NCBI RefSeq assembly: GCF_006345805.1
Contig: NC_042997.1
Location: 138,198,001-138,262,000 of the forward strand
Direction: 5' to 3'
DNA from: Octopus sinensis
Taxonomy: Eukaryota
DNA: 64,000 bases
A model generated the notes under the pieces. That model saw only the letters and a list, made by a program, of their open reading frames with translations. It did not search any database and was not told where the DNA came from. The position numbers and the translations under genes were made by a program. Numbering within the stretch: the first letter of the stretch is position 1; each line of letters starts with the position of its first letter. Of this stretch, positions 13,622 through 23,719 are shown piece after piece.

Positions 13622-14319
13622 TTTTTTCTTCTATCTTTTACTTGTTTCCGTCGTTGGACTGTGACCATGCTGGGGCACTGCCATGAAAAATTTTTAGTCA
13701 AACGAATTGACTCCAGTACTTACTTCTAAGCCTGGTACTTATCCTATTGGTTTTTTTTACCAAACAGCTAAGTTACAGGATGTAAAAAAACCATCACTGG
13801 TTGTCAAGCAGCGGTGGGGAACAAACACAGACACAAAGGCACACACATATACATACATACATACACACATACATACATATATACATTCATACATGCATAC
13901 ATACATACATACATAAATACGTACATGCATACATACGTACATACGTACATACGTACATACATACATACATACACACATACACACATACATACATTCATAC
14001 ATACCTACATACATACGTACATGCATACGTACATACGTACATACATACATACATACATACATACATACATACATACATACATACATACATACATACATAC
14101 GTACATACATACATACATATGTACATACATACATATATATACATACATATATTAATATGCGATGGGCTTTCAGTTTCCATCTACCAAATCCACTCAGAGG
14201 GCTTTGGTCAGCCTTAGGCCAAAGTAGAAAACACTTGCCAAAAGTGCCATGCAGTGAGATTGAACCTGGAACCATATGGTTGGGAAGCAAACTTCTTACC
14301 TCACAGCCATACCTGCACC
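13622..14319 (-). mobile_element. Family-A SINE with a ~310-bp expanded internal (TACA)n
   Basis: SINE 3' half at 13622-13840 and 5' half at 14155-14319 flank the (TACA)n tract at about 13845-14150. Confidence 0.8.
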
Positions 14320-14918
14320 TATATTAATCTGCTTCTATCACTAATTGCAATGTTTTCGTTTTTTCAAATCATTGGCATTGAATCATCTGTGTTAAATATG
14401 AATCATTATTTGATGAATGCAAACCTTTACCTGCAACAGCTTTCCAAATGAATGCACTTTTAACTATTGCATTTATGGAAAAATCAATTAATAGCAACTA
14501 GTTTGAATATCTATTTCTTCTTCACCATCAGTCTGTTTTTACCAAAAAAGGATGTTTTTTTTATTTGTTGAACCTTATTGAAGGAGGTTCACCTATTTTA
14601 ATTATATTAGTTTTTGAGAAATTTCTTTCAGAGCAATTTTGAGATTGTGCAAAAACCTGTTTATTGAACTGTTTGAAAATGTGAGAGGATTGGATAGTAT
14701 TGAGAAGGAAGGATGGCTATCAAGTGGAATGGTATGCAGTTCCGCTCGCATTTAATTACAGCAGCAGAATATTACAGTTAGAGAGATGATGGATGGTGGG
14801 GATGGCTTGCAATGGAAACTGGGTGAGGGGTCCTGTTGTGCACATATATAAACACAGAATCTCAGAGCAAGTCTCTTGAGTATGTGCGTGTGTTGTGTGT
14901 GCATGTTGTGTGCATGTG

Positions 14919-14950
<32 letters not shown>

Positions 14951-14982
14951 ATGTGTATATGTGTGTGTATGTATATCATTAT

Positions 14983-15359
14983 CATCATCATCATCATCAT
15001 CGTTTAACGTCCGCTTTCCATGCTAGCATGGGTTGGACAGTTTGACTGAGGACTGGTGAGCCAGATGGCTGCACCAGGCTCCAAACAGATCTGGCAGAGT
15101 TTCTACAGCTGGATGCCCTTCCTAACACCAACCTCTCTGAGAGTGTAGTGGGTACTTTTATGTGCCAGTGGCACGAGGGCCAGTCAGGTGGTACTGGCAA
15201 CAGTCACACTCAAATGGTGTTTTTTACTTGTCATCTGCACAGGAGCCAGTCCAGTGGCACTGGCAATGACCTTGCTCGAATGTTGTTTTTCATGTGCGAC
15301 CGGCTCAAGAGCCAGTACGGCAACACTGGTAATGATCACGCTTGAATGGTGCTTTTATA

Positions 15360-15360
<1 letters not shown>
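14983..15360 (-). mobile_element. 5'-truncated RTE 3' UTR copy
   Basis: (cat)n-cgtttaacgtccgctttccatgctagcatgggttgg is the reverse complement of the RTE 3' end. Confidence 0.8.
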
Positions 15361-15407
<47 letters not shown>

Positions 15408-15409
<2 letters not shown>

Positions 15410-15747
15410 GAAGGCGCATTTCTCAGTGGTTAGAGCATCGAGCTTACAATCGTGAGGTTGTGATCTTGAATTCCGGACCAGGCTGTGTGTTGTGTTCTTG
15501 AGCAAGACACTTTATTTCATGTTGCTCCAGTTAACTCAACTATAGAAATGAGTTGCGACGTCACGGGTGCCAAGCTGTATCGGCTGTTGCCTTTCCCTTG
15601 GATAACACTGGTGGCGTGGAGAAGGGAGGCTGGTAAGCATGGGCGACTGCTGGTCTTCCATAAGCCACCTTGCTCAGACTTGTGACTAGGAGGGTAACTT
15701 TCTAGGTGCAAGCCCATGGTCAGTGTCGTGACCGAAGGGGGTCCCAG

Positions 15748-15750
<3 letters not shown>
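15408..15750 (+). mobile_element. tRNA-derived SINE, family B
   Basis: ggcgca..ctcagtggttagagc A-box-like head; body shared with 47705-48047. Confidence 0.85.
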
Positions 15751-15819
<69 letters not shown>

Positions 15820-16393
15820 ATAGATAGATAGATAGATAGATAGATATAGATAGATTAGATAGATAGATAGATATCACCAGTAGTTTATATATCCAAAAAA
15901 GAAGCACACTCTAAAGCAATAGAGCAGTAAGCACTTTATAGGTGTGAAACCAATGGTCACTCTATGACTGGCCATAACATTTAACTTTCTAATATATATA
16001 TATATATATGATCCCTTACTTCCAGTTAATAGATAATACGTATATTTTTCCAGATAAATTCCATATGTTAGTCATGATCCTTGTTTGGGTGGCCCTTTGT
16101 AGTGACCAACTAATAGTTATGTAATGATGAGGTATTAGGGTGATTTTATATAATAGTTATCTTTTTTTATATTTAAACTGATTTGTACATCCCTCTTATT
16201 TAACATGGTTCTAACACCCCTATTAAAACTTTTTAAAATTAAAAGATTTAAATTCTATTTTATACAACATAATACTACACAGGCTTTTGCTATACCTTGA
16301 CTATAAACTTTTTCCCTCTGAGCCCTTAAGGTTTTCCTAGATCCCAGCATAGCATTCTAATTTTCATAGTGTATGCCTCTTTAACTGAAAATA

Positions 16394-16984
16394 ATGACAA
16401 GAGTTAAAGGGGAAGTAGCAGGAATAAAAGCAACCATTCAGGTTGGACTCCACAATGAGGGGTCTTATCAGAATGCTCTGCTAAAGAACCTCCCTGTACC
16501 TGTACCTCTTGTCGCATTTAAGACCGCGGATTCTGCTACCCATGAAGTCATTGCCATTGGGGTGCCAGAAGACATGGCTGATCTTCAGGCATTTGCTGCC
16601 AACTCAGCCAAAGACCTAGGCTGCGTTCCCCCAACGGGTGCTATCCGCCTTGGACGACCTGGCCCAAAACCTAGGCTCATCAAGCTGTCTTTTTCGGACC
16701 ACACTGAGGCAACCTCTTACCATCTGGCCTCAGTTAAAGCTGGGCGTGAAAATCAGACCACCTTCCGAACACGCCCAGGCTTACCGTCCGATCTACGTCC
16801 GAAGCTACGTGTAGCGGCTTCCCTGAATAGGAACTCGGCTCTACAGGAAAGCTTCAGTCTTCGGGAAGATGGACAAATCTGGAGATTTGTCAAGACTGAT
16901 GAAACGTGGAAGAAAGATACCAGCTGGTCTGAGTGCTCTCTACCCACAATAACTAAAAAGACTACAGCAACTCAGGGAAACTAA
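16394..16984 (+). CDS. LINE ORF1 protein (RRM-like, 196 aa as given)
   Basis: VIAIGVPE and RLGRPGPKPRLIKLSF resemble the (N)LIIxGVPE / RLGx..PRPIKVxF motifs of CR1/L2 ORF1; ends QGN*, overlapping the ORF2 frame. Confidence 0.75.
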   Translation: MTRVKGEVAGIKATIQVGLHNEGSYQNALLKNLPVPVPLVAFKTADSATHEVIAIGVPEDMADLQAFAANSAKDLGCVPPTGAIRLGRPGPKPRLIKLSFSDHTEATSYHLASVKAGRENQTTFRTRPGLPSDLRPKLRVAASLNRNSALQESFSLREDGQIWRFVKTDETWKKDTSWSECSLPTITKKTTATQGN

Positions 16985-19804
16985 GCCAGGACAACCTGCC
17001 ATCCTCTGCACACCATCATAAACTGCGAGCAGGGTACAAATTGTTGTCCTTAAATGCTCGCAGTTTATGCAACAAAATACATTTGTTCAACGCCTACGTC
17101 AGAAGTATTGACCCTGACTTCATCACTGTCACGGAAACATGGGCGCATTCCTTACTCTGTGATGGGGTTTTCAACATTACGGGGTACAACCTCTTCCGTA
17201 AGGACCGCACTAACCGCCGTGGTGGTGGTGTGATGGTCTACGTTCGTTCAAATTTTTTGGTAATTCCTTGTGCCGATTTGAATGAATCACAAGAAGAAGT
17301 TTTTTTCTGTGACGTACGTATGACCATGTCAACACTCCTGCTTGGCGTTGTTTATCGTCCCCCAAATTACCATCAGGACACACAGCTTTGCAACATCCTC
17401 CGAGCTGCTGCCAGGAAAACAGCCACTTATGTGTTTATTGCAGGCGATTTCAATCATCCTGAGATCGATTGGGAAACCTTCCATTGGCCACAGAGTGCAA
17501 ACGATTTTGTTGAGCTTGTGCTGGACTCAAACTGGTCACAAGTAGTCACCTCTCCAACAAGAGGCGACAACACCTTGGACCTGCTCTTCACCACAACTCC
17601 TGAAGCGGTTATCAATTGCACTACGGAGGAACCTCTAGGTGACTCTGATCATGCTATGATCATCGCCAATCTGGCTCTTGCGGGCAACAAACACCTGAAC
17701 CATCTCCAATCTGCTTCCTTCGATTGGAAGAGAGCAGATTGGAACCTGTACCACACTAAACTACAGCACCCAAACTGGCGTGAATTCTACAACTCTGGAG
17801 ATGTGAATACTATACTCCAGAGTATCCTGGACTCAATATGGGCAGCATGTGCAGCATCAGTGCCACGTAAACAAAAAAAGAAGAACCGCCCAAAAGGGCA
17901 ATTTGGGAAACTTCAGCGGTCCGACTTGCCAGGAAGGAACGTCGGACTGCTGAACAGGAATACAAGTTGCATAAATCAGACACCAACAGGAAGAAGCGGA
18001 ATAAATCCTCCAACCATCTCAAGCAAGTGACAAAAAATGCAGTGCTTGAATTTGAACAGTGCATAGCAGCCAATCCTGACAGCAAGGTTTTCTGGAAATA
18101 TGTGCATTCAAAGTAGAGACCTCACTCTCCAGTGGGCCCTCTTCGCAACCCTCACACAACCAGATCACTGACGACCCCAAGGAATGCGCAGAACTCATTG
18201 CCGAGTGCTATGCAAACATATTCACTGTTGAAAGTCAAAATGTACCATCTTCACCATCACTAACAGCAAACTCCATAACAACTATGGAATTTACACCTGC
18301 AATGCTGCGACGTCACCTTCAAAATAAGCGCAACTATGCCTCCCCTGGTCTCGATGGAGTTACATACCTGCTTCTCAAACGTGGCAGGCACTTCCTTTTA
18401 CACCAGCTTTCTATTTTCTTCCAGTACTGTCTCAACAATGGTGCTACTCCGGAGCAGTGGAAAACTGCCAGTGTCATTCCTCTGTTCAAAAAGGGTGACC
18501 GCACATCACCTGTCAACTATCGCCCAGTCAGTCTCACTAGCTGTATTGCAAAACTGATGGAATCGTGTGTCAGAGAAACACTCTGGAACTTCTGGAGCTC
18601 TCACAGTCTCATCCGACCCTCACAATATGGATTTGTCCCTAACTCCAGCTGCAGTGACCAGCTTGTCGAGTTCCTTGAGGACATTACTCAGATCACTGAC
18701 AGTGGCTCATGGGTGGATGTTGTCTACCTTGACTTTGCTAAGGCTTTCAACTCTGTGCCACACAAAAGGCTTATGGTGAAACTCTCTGCAATGGGTGTGG
18801 GGGATGACCTTTTTAACTGGTTGAAATCCTTCATCCTCAGCCGAAAGGAGGTAGTCACAGTTCTAGGACAGCACTCTACACCATATGAGATGTCATCGGG
18901 TGTACCACAGGGATCTGTCCTTGGTCCCCTCCTGTTTGTGGCATACATTAATGACATAGATGCCAATTTAAAGAATGCCACAGTATTGAAATATGCAGAC
19001 GACATCAAGCTGTACCTTGAAATCAAGAGGACTGATCCTGATGTCTACAACTCTTTCCTCCAATCAGACCTAGACACAATGCAGCAATGGATCACAGACT
19101 GGCAACTGAAACTGGCTGTGGACAAGTGTACCACCATGCATTTTGGGAGAAAAAACCCTGCGTCCACATACTCCCTCCACAACACTGATATCAAGAAATC
19201 CTCTTGCAAGCGTGACCTAGGCATCACTGTCAGCAGTGATTTGCGTTGGACAAAGCATATCTCTAAAATTGTCAAGAAGGCCGAGGGTGTCTTGGCATCA
19301 CTCAGCAAGACTTTTGTTAGCCGCTCTCCAGCCATCTATTTAAAACTGTATACAGCTATGGTACGACCACACTTGGAATTTGCATCATCAGTTTGGAATC
19401 CCTATCTTGCTCAGAACATTGACCTCCTGGAATCTGTCCAGAGACGTGCAACCAAACGCATACCCTCCATCAGACACCTACCATATTCTGAGCGCCTTAT
19501 TTCCCTGGGCATGGATTCACTGAAGCTCCGGCGTCTGGCGACGGACTTGGTAAACACCCACAAGGTTATCAACCGCCTCACCAACAACAACACTGAACAC
19601 CTTTTTGATCTCCATGTGTCTAACACACGTGGACATGCCTACAAAGTCAGAAAACAACACAGCTCCCATGACTTTCGGAAACATTTTTTCACGCTCAGAG
19701 TTGCTGAAGCATGGAATAAACTGCCTGCGTCAGTTGTTGACTGCCATAACACTGCATCCTTTAAGGCCCTCATGCTTTCCGAAATCCGCCGAAACTACAC
19801 CTGA
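16957..19804 (+). pseudogene. LINE ORF2: APE endonuclease plus reverse transcriptase, disrupted
   Basis: APE motifs LNARSL, VTETW, GGGV, VYRPP, AGDFN, TRGDNTLDL, SDH; RT motifs NYRPVSLTS, YLDFAKAF, GVPQGSVLGP, KYADD. Manual translation shows a frameshift near 17890, an in-frame TAG at 18114-18116 and a frameshift near 18155. Confidence 0.9.
16975..17069 (+). promoter_or_regulatory. Candidate -1 programmed ribosomal frameshift signal (G_GGA_AAC plus downstream pseudoknot/hairpin)
   Basis: Heptamer 16975-16981 is in the ORF1 frame just before TAA; ORF2 is in -1; 16988-16995 pairs with 17043-17050 (8 bp) and 17017-17031 pairs with 17055-17069 (15 bp perfect). Confidence 0.65.
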
Positions 19805-19853
19805 TTATATATACACTTTAGATGAGTTGTAGTGCACCTGAGCACTGTACACA

Positions 19854-19885
<32 letters not shown>

Positions 19886-20257
19886 GATACCCTACCTCTT
19901 TTATGGGCTTTTACTGCTATCTAGTTAACTCCTAAAGTGTATTGCTTTTTGTGGTGAGGGGTATCTATGGCATTAAGAAATTAAGGAATAGGAGAAACAT
20001 CCAGTAATATTTATTTATGACCAGTAGCCAGCTATGAGCTGTCAACTCACAATCTTCTTTGTTCTCAGTAGTATGTTAGGCTTAGATCTTTTGTTGATGA
20101 TAAGAAGGTAGATTAAGAAAATTAGAAATGAATTATAATCCTGTGACCCTCTCTGTGTTCTATGCCACACCAAAATTGTAGTTCTTCTCTTGGAGATTAT
20201 TCTTGCTGCAATATTGACAGTATGAAATTCTTTCATCCTCTAGCTCTGATAAAATGT

Positions 20258-20451
20258 TTGAGAATCATTATATTAATATATCTTATCTGAACGGTCGTAT
20301 TGCACTAATATTTGACATCCTGTTAGTTATTTTGATTATACATACATATATATATATATATATGTATGTATAATCAAAATAACTAACAGGATGTCAAATA
20401 TTAGTGCAATACGACCGTTCAGATAAGATATATTAATATAATGATTCTCAA
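20258..20451. repeat. Perfect 194-bp palindrome (97-bp arms, no spacer, (TA)n centre)
   Basis: Checked base by base; centre between 20354 and 20355. Confidence 0.95.
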
Positions 20452-21550
20452 GGTGAGGGTGGGCAACGAGTACAGTGAAGAATTCCGGGTAGAGGTTGGG
20501 GTCCACCAAGGTTCAGTCCTCAGTCCCCTCCTATTTATCATAGTCCTCCAGGCAATAACGGAGGAATTCAAGACAGGTTGCCCCTGGGAGCTCCTCTATG
20601 CTGATGACCTTGCTCTAATTGCTGAGTCACTATCAGAACTGGAGGAGAAGTTCCAGGTGTGGAAACAAGGATTAGAATCGAAGGGCCTTAGAATCAACCT
20701 AGCCAAAACCAAAGTTCTAATAAGTAGGAAGGTAGATCAATCACAAACGCCTTCAGGTAGATGGCCCTGCTCGATCTGTAAAAAAGGTGTAGGTAGAAAC
20801 TCTATAAGATGCACCAAGTGTAAGCTATGGACACATAAGAGGTGCAGAAATGTCAAAGGAAGGCTAACTAGGAAAATAGTTTTTGTCTGTGGCAAATGCT
20901 CAGGAGCAATAAACACTGGAAATATGCAGAGACCAACTTCTGCCACGTTCCAGGGAGACAAACTAGAAGTAGTTGATAGCTTCCGCTACCTAGGAGACCA
21001 AGTCAGTAGCGGGGGTGGGTGTGCTGAAAGTGTAACTGCTAGAGTAAGAATAGCCTGGGCAAAGTTTAGAGAGCTCTTACCCCTGCTGGTGACAAAAGGC
21101 CTCTCGCTCAGAGTAAAAGGCAGACTGTATGATGCATGTGTACGTACAGCCATGCTACATGGTAGTGAAACATGGGCCGTGACTGCTGAGGATATGCGTA
21201 AGCTCGCAAGAAATGAAGCCAGTATGCTCCGATGGATGTGTAATGTCAGTGTTCATAATCGTCAGAGTGTAAGTTCCTTGAGAGAAAAGCTGAACCTAAG
21301 AAGCGTCAGTTGTGGCGTGCAAGAGAGACGGCTGCGCTGGTATGGTCATGTGACAAGAAAGGCTGAAGATAGTTGTGTGCAAAAGTGCTACACCCTAGCA
21401 GTGGAGGGAACCTGTGGAAGAGGTAGACCCAGGAAAACCTGGGACGAGGTGGTGAAGCACGACCTTCGAACTTTAGGTCTCACTAAGGAAATGTCTAGAG
21501 ACCGAGACCTATGGAAGTATGCTGTGCATGAGAAGACCCGGCAAGACTAG
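20450..21550 (+). pseudogene. RTE ORF C-terminal part (open frame), RT with an internal C4HC3 zinc finger
   Basis: ORF track 20441-21550; the first three residues come from the palindrome arm; C-x2-C-x10-C-x2-C-x4-H-x2-C-x14-C-x2-C at 20768-20899. Confidence 0.85.
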
Positions 21551-21644
21551 TCAGGCCATAACCCGTGGCCCCGACCTGGGACGTAGTCAGTCCTGTGCAT
21601 ACCTTCCTTCTCGTGACACTTATGAAGACCTGTTGAGGCAAGTG

Positions 21645-23060
21645 AAAATCAAATCAAATCAAAACAAATCAAAATAGATGAACATCAGTGGAATTGTATT
21701 CTTTGTGGTACCAGTGCCGGTGGCACACAAGAAAACCACCCAAACGTGGCCGTAACCAGTACCGCATCGACTGGCCTCCGTGCTGTGGGCACAACAAACA
21801 CCATCCGATCGTGGCCGTTCGCCAGCCTCATCTGGCACCTGTGCCGGTGGCACATAAAGACACCATCCGAAGACCCGGCGACGTAGTCAGTCCACCTGTG
21901 CATACCTTCCCTCTTATGACACTTGTGAAGACCTGTTGAGGCAAGTGTGTGACACTTGTGAAGACCTGTTGAGGCAAGTGAAAATCAAACCAAATCAAAA
22001 TAGATGAATATCAATGGAATTTGTATCTTTGTGGTTCCAGTACCGTGGCACACAAGAAAACCATCCGAAGTGGCCGTAGCTGGTACCGCATCGACTGGCC
22101 TCCGTGCTGTGGGCACAACAAACACCATCTGATCGTGGCCGTTCGCCAGCCTCACCTGGCACCTGTGTCGGTGGCACATAAAAACCCATCCAAGACCCGG
22201 CGACGTAGTCAGTCCACCTGTGCATACCTTCCCTCTTATGACACTTGTGAAGACCTGTTGAGGCAGAGGCAAGTGTGTGACACTTGTGAAGACCTGTTGA
22301 GGCAGAGGCAAGTGTGTGACACTTGTGGAGACCTGTTGAGGCAAGTGTGTGACACGCGTGACACTTGTGAAGACCTGTTGAGGCAAGTGAAAATCAAACC
22401 AAATCAAAATAGATGAACATCAATGGAATTTGTATCTTTGTGGTTCCAGTACCGGTGGCACACAAGAAAACCATCCGATCGTGGCCGTTCGCCAGCCACA
22501 TCTGGCACCTGTGTCGGTGGCACATAAAGACACCATCCGAAGACCCGGCGACGTAGACAGTCCACCTGTGCATACCTTCCTTCTTGTGACACTTGTGAAG
22601 ACCTGTTGAGGCAAGTGACACTTGTGAAGACCTGTTGAGGCAAGTGAAAATCAAATCAAATCAAAACAAATCAAAATAGATGAGCATAAATGGAATTTGT
22701 ATCTTTGTGGTACCAGTGCCGGTGGCACACAAGAAAATCATCCGAACGTGGCCGTAGCCAGTACCGCATAGACTGGCCTCCGTGCTTTGGGGACGTAACA
22801 AACACCATCCGATCGTGGCCGTCCGCCAGCCTCATCTGGCACCTGTGTCGGTGGCACATAAAAACACCATCCGAGCGTGGCCGTCTGCCAGCCTCGTCTG
22901 GCACCTGCCAGCCTCATCTGGCACCTGTGTCGGTGGCACATAAAAACACCATCCGAGCGTGGCCGTCTGCCAGCCTCGTCTGGCACCTGTGTCGGTGGCA
23001 CATAAAAACACCATCCGAGCGTGGCCGTTCGCCAGCCTCGTCTGGCACCTGTGTCGGTGG
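21645..23060 (+). repeat. Higher-order tandem array in the RTE 3' UTR
   Basis: Four units begin with aaaatcaaa(t/c)caaatc at about 21645, 21981, 22389 and 22646; nested gacacttgtgaagacctgttgaggcaagtg repeats and ~50-60-bp gtg(c/t)cggtggcac modules. Confidence 0.85.
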
Positions 23061-23406
23061 CACATAAAATCACCCACTACACTCTCGGAGTGGTTGGCGT
23101 TAGGAAGGGCATCCAGCTGTAGAAACACTGCCAGATCTGACTGGCCTGGTGCAGCCTTCGGGCTCCCCAGACCCCAGTTGAACCGTCCAACCCATGCTAG
23201 CATGGAAAACGGACGCTAAATGATGATGATGATGATGATGATATATATATATATATATCTTCAGTAAATCACAAATCTAAAAGAGAAGTGCACTCTAAGT
23301 TATAGAGCAGTAGAGCGCTTGCTAGTGTGTTTTAGGGTCTGAAGGAATGCTGTAAAGCTAAATGCTTTATGGACATGAAACCCAGGGTAACCCCACAGAC
23401 AGGCCA

Positions 23407-23417
23407 TATCTATCTAC

Positions 23418-23515
<98 letters not shown>

Positions 23516-23532
23516 GTCTGTCTATCTATCTA

Positions 23533-23614
<82 letters not shown>

Positions 23615-23674
23615 TGTCTGTCTGTCTGTCTGCCTGCCTGCCTGTCTGCCTGTCTACCTCCCTCCCTCCCTACC

Positions 23675-23716
<42 letters not shown>
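23407..23716. repeat. Compound microsatellite (TATC)n-(TGTC)n-(TGCC)n-(TA)n
   Basis: Direct reading. Confidence 0.95.

Positions 23717-23719
<3 letters not shown>

Larger units (their letters stand above)
16394..19884 (+). mobile_element. Near full-length CR1-clade non-LTR retrotransposon (inactivated); true 5' end not determined
   Basis: ORF1, then APE endonuclease and RT in ORF2; CR1-type C-terminus (NTRGHAYKV..RKHFFTLRVAEAWNKLPASVV); (ATT)n tail at 19854-19884. Confidence 0.92.
20450..23241 (+). mobile_element. 5'-truncated RTE-clade LINE, copy 1, with ~1.7-kb tandemly repeated 3' UTR and (TGA)n tail
   Basis: RT motifs GVHQGSVLSP, LLYADDL, YLG; RTE C-terminus ERRLRWYGHV..GRGRPRKTW; tail at 23219-23241. 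Confidence 0.9.

Noticed and set aside
20150-20245. Possible minus-strand host exon (ELEDERISYCQYCSKNNLQEKNYNF)
   Set aside because: Plausible AG/GT ends but no recognisable homology or partner exons; needs RNA-seq or tblastn support.
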